The notes beneath the pieces are model-generated. The model was not told where the DNA came from. It did not search any database and saw only the letters and a list, made by a program, of their open reading frames with translations. A DNA stretch of 64,000 nucleotides. Origin: Saprospiraceae bacterium (GTDB lineage: Bacteria; Bacteroidota; Bacteroidia; Chitinophagales; Saprospiraceae). Position 1 is the first letter of the stretch. The number at the start of each line of letters is the position of its first letter. The translations under genes and the position numbers were made by a program. The DNA lies in assembly GCA_020436835.1 (NCBI GenBank), contig JAGQWZ010000367.1:3825-67824 (forward strand). Reading direction: 5' to 3'. This document shows, piece after piece, positions 20,352 to 29,302 of this stretch.

Positions 20352-23300
20352 ATGCTTAAACCGGAAAAGACATTTGGCAACATTCTAATCTTTGTATTCT
20401 GTGTAAATAGCCTTTACACGCAGATTCTCCCCCCGTCAAATCACCTGGCGCTCGAAGTGCAAAAACGAATTGGTCAGGCTACCCTGGACCCAGCCCAACC
20501 CTATCGTCTTCTCAATCCAACAAAAGTTGATGCTTCCAGGAAATTACAGATTGTACAGGATGCCCAGTTCCTTAGTTTAAATAAAGAAGTGCTAACTAAA
20601 ATTATAGACGAGGGAAAAAGCATGATTGAGGTTCAACTGCCTTACCATGAAAAGTTGATCCGAATCAAACTCTTTCCCTTTGATCCGAAATCTAAAGAAT
20701 TTTCTGTTTCCAGTCCTTCGGGTGTACTTGAGTATGAAGATGTGATTCATTTCAGGGGCATCATCGCCGGGGATCATCAGTCAGTCGTTGCGCTTAGCCT
20801 GGGGAAAGATCAAGTGACCGGCATTATTTCATCTCCAGATATGGGTAATTTAATCCTCGCCCAATTGCCAAATGATTCCAGCTTCCACATACTTTATCAG
20901 GAGACCAATCTAAAGGCGGAAGCTAAGTTTATCTGCGATGCGATATTGCCACCTGGATACCAGATTAAGGAAATCCCTTCGTCCAGTTCGCGAAGGAATC
21001 AATCTCCTGCCTGCGTAACCGTCTTTTTTGAAGCAAGTTTCAATGTTTTGCAAAAATTTGATGGCAACCTGGATAAGACCATCAATTACATCACCGGTCT
21101 TTTTAACCAGGTGTCGGCAATTTATGCCAATGAAGAGATTACCTTATTGCTTTCTGACCTTTATATCTGGACGATACCAGATCCTTATAACCACGATAAT
21201 ACCGCAGCGGCGTTGGAAAGCTTCACCATTGCACCGCTGAAGGGATATGCAAACTTGCGGTACCTATTGGATATGTCTGACAATAGTAGTGGCGGACGGG
21301 CATATGTTGATGTACTTTGTGACAAGACATTTAACGTAGGTTATTGCAATATCGTGGCGACATATGAAACCGTGCCGACCTATAGCTGGAGTGTCAATGT
21401 ACTTGCCCATGAGGTGGGACATGGATTAGGATCTTTTCATACTCAGGACTGCGTTTGGGGTGAAGGGGAATGTACTGCGATTGATGGATGCGGAGATCCA
21501 AACCCTGAGGTAGGCTGTGGATCCTGTAGCCCCGCTCCCATACCCGACCGGGGTACCATCATGAGTTACTGTCATCTCCAGAAAGGAATAGATTTTAGCC
21601 TTGGTTTGGGTGCGGAACCGGGAGCCCTGATGCGTAGTCGGGTAGCTGGGGCAGAATGCCTTTCTAATTGTGACGCTGAAAAGAGACCGATTTGTCCAGT
21701 TTCGATTGAAGACATAAAGGTAACTGCAGCAAGTTGCGATAAATCCAACGGAATTGTGCAAGTCCTGATTAGCGGAGGAAGTGGTTCGGAATCATTCGAC
21801 ATCGGTTACGGACCACAGTCTGAGGAGGTCTTTACAAATCTGGCTCCGGGAGAATACCAGATCATTGTCAATGATGGAATCGCTTGTACGCGGACGGCAG
21901 ATGTTGTAGTGCCATCTGAATCCAGTGCTCCTGATCTGGAGGCAGTTGTCACTAACGCCTCATGCAACGGTAAGGATGGCATCCTTGAGATTATTCCCTT
22001 GGGAGGTCATGCACCTTACCAGTATTACTTACAGGAACAGGAAACCAAAGATTCCATAATTCCAGGCCTGGAGCCTGGCGAGTATCTAATTGGACTGGTG
22101 GACAAGGAAGGCTGCACAGCATCTAAAAAACTGACTGTCTTCGAAGAAGTATCACCTCTGATTGATGTGAAAACGGAGCCGACACATTGCGGCAAGGCCA
22201 ATGGTAAAATGCTGCTCACCGCAGTAGAAGGGACGCTTCCATATTTTTTTGAGATCCAAGGCAGTACCCACTATGATTCTTTAGTGATTAACCAAACCAG
22301 CACAATAATCGATCAAATGGATGCTGGAATCTATCAAATTATGGTGCAGGATGCACAGGGCTGCCTTGACAGTATGGAGGTCTCGATTGACAGTTCAACC
22401 AACATCGAATTGCAGGTGTTTTCGAGCCCGGCTTCATGCGATGCTGCTAATGGAGAGATCGAAATCGTTGCCTTGGGAGGCAACCATCCGTATCGATATT
22501 TTCTGGATGAAAATGAAATGGAAGGACCGAAAATGGATCGGCTTAATTCGGGATCATACGTTGTCAAAGTGATCGATTCTGAAGAATGCCAAAACTCGGC
22601 GCCAGTCCAAATCAAAAACGATTCGTCATTTGTCGCACCAAAATTGCCGGATCAGTTAGTACTCTGTGACGGTAATGAAGTAGTACTGAATTCCGGTTTA
22701 CCGCACCTGACAAAAGTAACCTGGTTATATAATAGTGACCAGATGGGTGACACTACGACCTCCATTCTGATCTCAAAAGCAGGAAGATATCAGGCGCTGG
22801 TTAAGTATGGGGAGTCTTGCTCCCTTTCCGATCAGACTCAGGTGATTCTTCAGGAAAAACCTGCGGTTTCCCTCGAGCCGACTGTCGAAATTTGTGAAGG
22901 TTCAGATTTTCACTTCTCAAAACCCTTCCCCGGATACCACTATGTGTGGAGTAACGGAACGACAGGAGTACAGACACAGTTCATTGAAAGTGGAGAGCAC
23001 ACATTGGAGGTTTTTAGTGAGCATGGGTGCAAACAGACGATTCCAATTATGGTAAACATTATTCCCCAAATCAACCTTAGAGTGGCTAATCCCGAGATGA
23101 TTCTTTGTGAAGGACAGGAGATACATTTTCACGCAGCAGGGGTATCATCTTATACCTGGACAACGGATGTTCCCGGGCAGGAGGAGACCATTGGTACAGG
23201 GTCCTTCATTAAACCGGACCATTCCACTAAGTACCAGGTGATCGGCAGGAACGAATGTTTTGCAGATACCCTCGCAATATCAGTGTCTTTCCATGATTTT

Positions 23301-23801
23301 ATTAGACAGCTACCCGGAGATACAAATGCCTTAAAGGGCACCTCACTTTTTTTCAGCATTCCTGAGGGGGAAGATATCAGATGGCAATCAACGCTTCCGA
23401 TGGACTGCGCAACGTGCCGACAAACCAGGATAACAGTGGTGGGAGATGGTCAATTATTTGTGACCTATACCGATGCCAAAGGATGCTTACGGACCGAAAC
23501 TACACACATATCAACCATGGCATTATCAGAACTCGCACCCGAAATAATCACGGAGATCACACCAGACGGTGATGGTAAAAATGATCATCTATATATCCCT
23601 CAGCTTGAAAGATACAGCAGTGTCACCCTCGAAGTTTTTGAAAAAAGCGGATCCAGCGTTTTCATTAGCAGTGACTACAAAAATGATTGGCCTCCAAACT
23701 CCGGTATTGATTTGACATCCGGTGAGTACCGGTATACAATCAAGTTACAGTCTGGAACGGACGTTGTAAAATTGGCTGGGAAACTTGACATTATCCGGTA
23801 G
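20352..23801 (+). CDS. secreted reprolysin-like (M12B-type) zinc metalloprotease with SprB repeats and a T9SS type B sorting domain
   Basis: Signal peptide, then zinc motif HEVGHGLGSFHT (HExxHxxGxxH) at nt 21408. Four SprB-type repeats (CDKSNGIVQV..., CNGKDGILEI..., CGKANGKMLL..., CDAANGEIEI...) lie at about 21720-22590. The C-terminus ITPDGDGKNDHLYIP...GEYRYTIKL is typical of the gliding-motility-associated / type B CTD. Confidence 0.8.
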   Translation: MLKPEKTFGNILIFVFCVNSLYTQILPPSNHLALEVQKRIGQATLDPAQPYRLLNPTKVDASRKLQIVQDAQFLSLNKEVLTKIIDEGKSMIEVQLPYHEKLIRIKLFPFDPKSKEFSVSSPSGVLEYEDVIHFRGIIAGDHQSVVALSLGKDQVTGIISSPDMGNLILAQLPNDSSFHILYQETNLKAEAKFICDAILPPGYQIKEIPSSSSRRNQSPACVTVFFEASFNVLQKFDGNLDKTINYITGLFNQVSAIYANEEITLLLSDLYIWTIPDPYNHDNTAAALESFTIAPLKGYANLRYLLDMSDNSSGGRAYVDVLCDKTFNVGYCNIVATYETVPTYSWSVNVLAHEVGHGLGSFHTQDCVWGEGECTAIDGCGDPNPEVGCGSCSPAPIPDRGTIMSYCHLQKGIDFSLGLGAEPGALMRSRVAGAECLSNCDAEKRPICPVSIEDIKVTAASCDKSNGIVQVLISGGSGSESFDIGYGPQSEEVFTNLAPGEYQIIVNDGIACTRTADVVVPSESSAPDLEAVVTNASCNGKDGILEIIPLGGHAPYQYYLQEQETKDSIIPGLEPGEYLIGLVDKEGCTASKKLTVFEEVSPLIDVKTEPTHCGKANGKMLLTAVEGTLPYFFEIQGSTHYDSLVINQTSTIIDQMDAGIYQIMVQDAQGCLDSMEVSIDSSTNIELQVFSSPASCDAANGEIEIVALGGNHPYRYFLDENEMEGPKMDRLNSGSYVVKVIDSEECQNSAPVQIKNDSSFVAPKLPDQLVLCDGNEVVLNSGLPHLTKVTWLYNSDQMGDTTTSILISKAGRYQALVKYGESCSLSDQTQVILQEKPAVSLEPTVEICEGSDFHFSKPFPGYHYVWSNGTTGVQTQFIESGEHTLEVFSEHGCKQTIPIMVNIIPQINLRVANPEMILCEGQEIHFHAAGVSSYTWTTDVPGQEETIGTGSFIKPDHSTKYQVIGRNECFADTLAISVSFHDFIRQLPGDTNALKGTSLFFSIPEGEDIRWQSTLPMDCATCRQTRITVVGDGQLFVTYTDAKGCLRTETTHISTMALSELAPEIITEITPDGDGKNDHLYIPQLERYSSVTLEVFEKSGSSVFISSDYKNDWPPNSGIDLTSGEYRYTIKLQSGTDVVKLAGKLDIIR

Positions 23802-23830
23802 GGATAAGAATGATTCTTGTCAAGGTTGTT

Positions 23831-24616
23831 TTATACGAAATGTTTGAGCATAATTACTTCACGCGAATTTAAGGTCCGGTACTTACCTCGCCCCAATCCT
23901 TTTTTGGTCAACCCGCCATAAAAAACACGATCAAGATGTTCTACGACATAGTTGCAATGCTCGAAGATTCTTCGCACGATTCGATTCCTTCCAATCACAA
24001 TAGATATAAGCAATTCTTTGCCTATCTCATCTACAATTTCGAGATTCTGTACCGGGGCCAACCCGTCTTCAAGTTCAATTCCAGCTTTGATTTGATCAAG
24101 GTGAGCCTGGGAGATGGGCTTGTCTAATTTGACTAGATATCGCTTCTGAACCTTGTGCGAAGGATGGGACAATTTCATAGCCAGATCTCCATCATTGGTA
24201 AGAAGCAGCAGGCCCGTAGTGTGCCGGTCCAATCTTCCGACAGGAAATAAGCGCTCCTTACCAGTAAAGTCAATGATATCAAACACCGTTTTCCGGCCTT
24301 TTTCGTCGGAGGTGGTACAAATGGTGTCTTTTGGTTTGTTTAAAAGGATATAGATCCGCTCAATCTCCGGTGTAAGTTGCCTACCCTCGTATGTAACCAC
24401 GTCTCCTTCCTCAACCAGGTGAAAGGGTTCCACAACAACTTCCTGGTTTACCAGCACCTTTCCTTCTTTTATCAGATCTACGGCTTTTCGACGGGATGTA
24501 ATGCCCGACCTGGCGACAAACTTGTTCAACCTCACAGGGAAGGTGAGCTCTTCCTTTGGCGCTTTGGTCTTTCGGTAAAACGGATTATTCCGATCGGATT
24601 TGTCATTTTTATGCAT
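23831..24616 (-). CDS. rluB: pseudouridine synthase, RsuA/RluB family
   Basis: S4 domain RLNKFVARSGITSRRKA and catalytic motif GRLDRHTTGLLLLTNDG. Confidence 0.85.
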   Translation of the reverse strand: MHKNDKSDRNNPFYRKTKAPKEELTFPVRLNKFVARSGITSRRKAVDLIKEGKVLVNQEVVVEPFHLVEEGDVVTYEGRQLTPEIERIYILLNKPKDTICTTSDEKGRKTVFDIIDFTGKERLFPVGRLDRHTTGLLLLTNDGDLAMKLSHPSHKVQKRYLVKLDKPISQAHLDQIKAGIELEDGLAPVQNLEIVDEIGKELLISIVIGRNRIVRRIFEHCNYVVEHLDRVFYGGLTKKGLGRGKYRTLNSREVIMLKHFV

Positions 24617-26139
24617 TAGAATGGGATATCATCATCCTGATTCATACGGGAAGGCCTGGTCATAATCTGGTCTCCGGAACCTCCAAAATCTTCTCCCTTC
24701 AGGCTACTAAAATCAAATTCGTCCAGGTTTGTAAATTTGGCAAATTGGTCGATAAATTTCAAACGTACGGTTTCAAGTGCACCATTTCGATGTTTGGCGA
24801 TAATAATCTCCGCAACTCCTTTCAAAGAAACACCTTCGCTTTCGGTGATATCATAATATTCAGGACGGTAAATAAATGATACAATGTCTGCATCCTGCTC
24901 GATCGCACCGGATTCCCGCAGATCTGATAGCATTGGCCTCTTATCTCCCCCTCTGGTTTCTACCGCCCGGCTGAGTTGCGAAAGCGCAATCACCGGAACA
25001 TTCAATTCTTTTGCCATGCCTTTAAGTGCCCTCGATATTGAGCTGATTTCCTGTTCGCGGGTACCACCCTTTTTACCATCCATGTTACCGGACATCAATT
25101 GTAAGTAATCGATGATGACCAATTGAATGTCATGTTGCATTTTTAGCCTTCGACATTTTGCTCTCAGTTCAAAACTATTGATCGCAGGTGTGTCATCTAT
25201 AAAGATGGGCACGCTGGATAGTTTTTCCACCGCAGTGTGCAATTGTTGCCATTCATGCGCCTCCAATTGTCCGTTTCTCAACTTTCTTGACGAGATCTCC
25301 GCCTCCATAGAAATAAGTCTTTGTACTAATTGTAAACTGGACATTTCCAGAGAAAACAGTGCCACAGGCCGGTTGTGATCCATAGCAGCATTCTTCGCCA
25401 GCGAAAGTGTATAGGCGGTTTTACCCATACCTGGCCGTGCTGCCACAATGATCAAATCACTGGGTTGCCACCCGGAAGTCAAACGATCCAACTCCATGAA
25501 TCCGGATGGTATACCGGTGAGTCCCTCTGCCTTCTGGGAAAGCTCTTCCAGCTGTTTTTGTGCCTTGATCGCAAGTGTTCCTATGGACTCAAATCCTCGA
25601 TTCAGGTTTTGCTGTGTGATCTCAAATAAGTTTCTTTCCGCATCATCTAGAAGTTCAAAGACATCCTTGGTATCGTCAAAAGAGTCTTTAATGATAGTGG
25701 TACTGGCCCGGATTAATTCTCGTTGAATGTACTTCTGAGAAATAATTCGGGCATGGTATTCAATATTAGCCGCCGAAGCCACCCGGTTTGAAAGGTCAAC
25801 GAGATAATTTACACCACCTACCTTCTCCAGGTTACCTGACATCTTCAATTCTTCATGGACGGTGAGAATATCGATTGGGTGGGTCTTTTCAAACAGCTTT
25901 AGCATTGCCTCATAGATCAGCTGATGACCCTCTACATAGTAGCTGGAAGGCTGAAGTATATCCAATACCGTTGGCAATGCATTCTTATCAATCAGAATGG
26001 CTCCCAGGACGGCCTCTTCCAGGGGAATGGCTTGTGGTTGTATCCTCCCGAACTGCAGACCACCTAGGTCCGCATCGCCTTTGATTGTTTTGAGTGTCTG
26101 GGCACCACCTGATTTAAATGATTGATCTCTGTCTGCCAT
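24616..26139 (-). CDS. dnaB: replicative DNA helicase DnaB
   Basis: N-terminal PQAIPLEEAVLGAIL, Walker A ARPGMGKTA, IIDYLQLM and SQLSRAVE. The length of 507 aa is consistent with no intein. Confidence 0.97.
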   Translation of the reverse strand: MADRDQSFKSGGAQTLKTIKGDADLGGLQFGRIQPQAIPLEEAVLGAILIDKNALPTVLDILQPSSYYVEGHQLIYEAMLKLFEKTHPIDILTVHEELKMSGNLEKVGGVNYLVDLSNRVASAANIEYHARIISQKYIQRELIRASTTIIKDSFDDTKDVFELLDDAERNLFEITQQNLNRGFESIGTLAIKAQKQLEELSQKAEGLTGIPSGFMELDRLTSGWQPSDLIIVAARPGMGKTAYTLSLAKNAAMDHNRPVALFSLEMSSLQLVQRLISMEAEISSRKLRNGQLEAHEWQQLHTAVEKLSSVPIFIDDTPAINSFELRAKCRRLKMQHDIQLVIIDYLQLMSGNMDGKKGGTREQEISSISRALKGMAKELNVPVIALSQLSRAVETRGGDKRPMLSDLRESGAIEQDADIVSFIYRPEYYDITESEGVSLKGVAEIIIAKHRNGALETVRLKFIDQFAKFTNLDEFDFSSLKGEDFGGSGDQIMTRPSRMNQDDDIPF

Positions 26140-26170
26140 AGGTAAAATCTTCCACGCTAATCGTATGAGA

Positions 26171-26178
26171 CAAAATTA
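26171..26178 (-). promoter_or_regulatory. candidate -7 box (TAATTTTG) for dnaB
   Basis: The reverse complement is TAATTTTG (TAnnTTTG), 32 nt upstream of the dnaB ATG. Confidence 0.3.
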
Positions 26179-26253
26179 CGATATAAAGCTGATTGAAGGT
26201 GCACCGGCAAATTTTGGATTACCGACCCAAATGTTAGGGAAGGTGTTGGTATC

Positions 26254-26273
26254 TGTGGAAATTTTGTGGAAAA
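26254..26273 (-). promoter_or_regulatory. two adjacent DnaA-box-like 9-mers
   Basis: On the + strand, TGTGGAAAT (26254-26262) and TGTGGAAAA (26265-26273). Their reverse complements are ATTTCCACA and TTTTCCACA. The second fits the relaxed DnaA box TTWTNCACA and the first has one mismatch. Confidence 0.2.
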
Positions 26274-26436
26274 AGATTCTATTCTGATTTAACCAACTTT
26301 AAGCCAACCCAAAATTAAATGACATTTGTCAGAGGTTTTCTCTGATCATCCAGATATCATTGAGTTTAATCTTTACTCTTTTTCACAAACCCTCACAAGT
26401 AATGCATTCCAGCGGTGAGATTCTCTTGTCTGGATT

Positions 26437-26445
26437 TGTGGAAAA
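26437..26445 (-). promoter_or_regulatory. third DnaA-box-like 9-mer
   Basis: TGTGGAAAA on the + strand, whose reverse complement TTTTCCACA fits TTWTNCACA. Same orientation as the other two. Confidence 0.2.
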
Positions 26446-26451
26446 AAAAGA

Positions 26452-27120
26452 TCAATTTTCTGCCTTGGCCAATTTCACCTCAACTTGACGAATCGTTTCC
26501 TTCTGCTCTTCAATCGTTGCCTTCAGATCCGACTGATCTTTAACATTCGTATCTATGAGCGATTCGTTTTCCGCAATCTTAGCCTTCCAGTCCTCGATTT
26601 CCTTATGATATTTCTCATTGAGGCGCTCTAACTTAGACAAATCCCGTTCAAGATCTTTCATTCGATTCTCTTCATTCTTCAATTCGATCTTGATGTCTTC
26701 AATTTTCAGCTGTTTCTCAAATCCCTGCAGGAAGACCCGAACTCCTTCGAAAGCGTCAGGGAAATTCTCAGAATCTACAAATCCACCGCCCAGGTCCATC
26801 CACATCTTCAATTCTGAGCCATCTCCTTTGGATTCAATAAGACTGTATATATCGACGGTATTATTCGAAATATAGGAGACATTTGCATCGTCGGTAAACA
26901 ATTCATCACTGCGTTTTACTTTCTTGGTTTTGCCTTTGAAGTCTTTGAGATAATCCTTCCAAATATCTTCGGCAAACTTTGCCTCGTAAGGCATATGCAA
27001 AATCACTGCATTGTGATCTCCCAGGCTCATTGAAGCCATCATTTCGTCAATGTCCTGACTTAGAAGAGGATAATGACTTAACAAGTACATTGCGAGTAAG
27101 AGTGAAAGTTTGAATTTCAT
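26452..27120 (-). CDS. hypothetical secreted protein with a C-terminal coiled coil
   Basis: Signal peptide MKFKLSLLLAMYLLSHYPLLSQ. The C-terminal ~90 aa are heptad-like and charged (KIELKNEENRMKDLERDLSKLERLNEKYHKEIEDWKAKIAENE...). No family recognised. Confidence 0.55.
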   Translation of the reverse strand: MKFKLSLLLAMYLLSHYPLLSQDIDEMMASMSLGDHNAVILHMPYEAKFAEDIWKDYLKDFKGKTKKVKRSDELFTDDANVSYISNNTVDIYSLIESKGDGSELKMWMDLGGGFVDSENFPDAFEGVRVFLQGFEKQLKIEDIKIELKNEENRMKDLERDLSKLERLNEKYHKEIEDWKAKIAENESLIDTNVKDQSDLKATIEEQKETIRQVEVKLAKAEN

Positions 27121-27132
27121 AGTTGATGAAAA

Positions 27133-28080
27133 TTATACTGGTACAAAAAAATTGATTGCATTCCTTAATACGGTGAATTCCGCTGGCAACGAGCCCCTGA
27201 TTTCCCCGTCCACTTCCATTAACAACACTTCATGCCCATGTGGTTCAACAATTATGCGTGAACTTTCCCTTATATCAACATAGGGTAGCTGGTTGATCTT
27301 GCCGTTGAAGAAATGAAAAATGTCTTTAATGAGCCTCCACGGTGAAACATATCGTACACCCGTTATTGCCAGTTTGCCATCAGTTGCATTGGCCGAAGGA
27401 CAAAGCTGAAACCCACCCCCTAAAAACCGTCCATTTGCCACGGTTAGATTCCAAAATTGTCCTTTATAAAGCTGATCTTCGGAGTGGATCTTCAACATAA
27501 CTCCGCGATAGGTGAGTAAGATCTTCAGGGTCTCAAGAAGGTACCGGGCACGTCCGTTCGATGAACCTCCTGTTCCAGCTATCCGTAGAGCTACTTCATA
27601 TTCTAAACCGATCCCGGCCTCATTCACAAAATAGAAGCTGTCCTCTTTTTCAGCATTGATTTGTCCAATGTCAATAGGTAGGGAGATAGCCGAGTTTATA
27701 TAGTGGAGCCATACCTCAATATCACGAGGAATATTGAAGTGACGGGCAAAATCATTCCCCGTACCACAGGGAAAAATTGCATATGAAATTTGCTGAGCAT
27801 CATCCGGGGTATAACTCATGATCCCATTTATCACTTCGTGATGCGTGCCGTCACCACCAAAAATGATGAGGTTTCTGCATCCCATCCTGAGCACATCTTG
27901 TGAGATTCTCTTTCCGTCACCGGGCCTGCTTGTTAGTTTAGAATTAAATTTGACTTTGAGATCATTCAGACGTGATTTGACCAACGGCCAGATACGTGCC
28001 GCAGCTTGATTCCCCGCATTAGGGTTGATGATGATGAACCACTCTCGGGAGGTCAGATTCTGGTGTTGAGATTCAGACAT
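27133..28080 (-). CDS. diacylglycerol kinase family lipid kinase (YegS/BmrU-like)
   Basis: Contains FIIINPNAGN and IIFGGDGTHHEV. I place the start at the internal Met (MSESQ..., ATG at 28080). The track ORF extends to 28242, but that extension looks non-protein-like. Confidence 0.82.
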   Translation of the reverse strand: MSESQHQNLTSREWFIIINPNAGNQAAARIWPLVKSRLNDLKVKFNSKLTSRPGDGKRISQDVLRMGCRNLIIFGGDGTHHEVINGIMSYTPDDAQQISYAIFPCGTGNDFARHFNIPRDIEVWLHYINSAISLPIDIGQINAEKEDSFYFVNEAGIGLEYEVALRIAGTGGSSNGRARYLLETLKILLTYRGVMLKIHSEDQLYKGQFWNLTVANGRFLGGGFQLCPSANATDGKLAITGVRYVSPWRLIKDIFHFFNGKINQLPYVDIRESSRIIVEPHGHEVLLMEVDGEIRGSLPAEFTVLRNAINFFVPV

Positions 28081-28364
28081 AAAAAAGTGCGGCGCCTCGA
28101 AGAGTCGATTTGCCGCACCTACACCCCAAAACCATCTATTCTTAAAGTAGAGAGCAAAAACTCTCCAAAAAATAGTCAAAAATTTCAGCCGATAATAATA
28201 GAACAATTTCAGATGATTGGCAAGCTTGAAGCCTGAAATCATGTCAGTTTAGTGTAAAAAAGAGAATTTATTCACTTATATGATAAAAATCTGTAAAAGG
28301 CCGGATATCGACTGAAAGGTCTGGACTTTAGACTTATGAGTGTGTGTCAACAGTCCAAAATGTC

Positions 28365-28372
28365 TAATTTTG
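28365..28372 (+). promoter_or_regulatory. candidate -7 box (TAATTTTG) for the ABC transporter operon
   Basis: TAATTTTG matches TAnnTTTG, 34 nt upstream of the ATG at 28406. Confidence 0.3.
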
Positions 28373-28405
28373 ATTTTTTAATCCGATTTCAGCTATTTCC
28401 CAACT

Positions 28406-29302
28406 ATGTCAATACTATCAGTTCAGAATGTATCCAAACAATATCACAATCATCTGGCAGTAGATCATGTTAATTTTGAAATGCCTAAAGGAAGCATTCT
28501 GGGACTGCTTGGTCCGAATGGAGCAGGTAAGACTTCCCTGATCCGGATTATTACTTCGATCACCGGAGCAGATACCGGCACCATTCTCTTTGATGGAGAA
28601 AAGCTCAATCTCTCTCATCCTGAACGAATAGGCTATCTTCCTGAGGAACGAGGTCTTTACAAGAAAATGAAGGTCGGAGAACAACTTATCTATCTTGCCC
28701 AGCTGAAGGGAATGACAAAACAAGCAGCAAAGCAAGCAATAGAGATTTGGCTCGACAAGTTTGACATGTCGGATTGGTGGAATAAAAAAATAGAGGAATT
28801 GAGCAAAGGGATGCAGCAGAAAGTGCAGTTTGTATCTACTGTCGTTCATCGACCGCCATTGATCATACTCGATGAACCCTTCACCGGCCTGGACCCTTTA
28901 AATACGAAATTGATAAAGCAAGAAATTCGCCAATTAAACGAAGCGGGAACAAGCATCATCTTTTCCACCCACAGAATGGAACAGGTGGAAGAAATCTGCG
29001 AGCACATTGTTTTGATTAATAAAGGAAAAAATATCCTCCAGGGCGACGTAAGGCGGATAAAAGAAGAATATAAGGACCACCTCTTTAAGATAACTTTCCA
29101 GGGGCAATTGCAGAGTCAAATGATTCAACGGGAAATTTTGGAGCAAAATGGGGATACCATCACGATCAGGATGCATCAGTTGAGTGAGGCAAATCTATTT
29201 ATCCGACAATTGATGGATCAGGGAGTGCTGGTGCAGAAGTTCGAAGAGGTATTACCCACCCTGAATGACATTTTTATTAAAAAAGTTACCGAAGAAGCAT
29301 GA
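28406..29302 (+). CDS. ABC transporter ATP-binding protein (ABC-2 / NatA-like)
   Basis: Walker A GPNGAGKTS, signature LSKGMQQK and Walker B LIILDEP. Confidence 0.92.
   Translation: MSILSVQNVSKQYHNHLAVDHVNFEMPKGSILGLLGPNGAGKTSLIRIITSITGADTGTILFDGEKLNLSHPERIGYLPEERGLYKKMKVGEQLIYLAQLKGMTKQAAKQAIEIWLDKFDMSDWWNKKIEELSKGMQQKVQFVSTVVHRPPLIILDEPFTGLDPLNTKLIKQEIRQLNEAGTSIIFSTHRMEQVEEICEHIVLINKGKNILQGDVRRIKEEYKDHLFKITFQGQLQSQMIQREILEQNGDTITIRMHQLSEANLFIRQLMDQGVLVQKFEEVLPTLNDIFIKKVTEEA

Noticed and set aside
26140-26451. Calling this region the chromosomal origin (oriC) because of the DnaA-box-like motifs near dnaB.
   Set aside because: There are only three imperfect boxes, no clear AT-rich unwinding element, and dnaA is not in the window. 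I cannot compute whole-chromosome GC skew here. It is kept only as a low-confidence regulatory observation.
28081-28242. A 54-codon N-terminal extension of the lipid kinase ORF (MISGFKLANHLKLFYYYRLKF...).
   Set aside because: YegS/BmrU-type kinases normally begin just before the xxIINPxAG strand. The extension is aromatic-rich and unlike a signal peptide or domain, and an ATG at 28080 gives a normal-length protein. It remains an alternative start.
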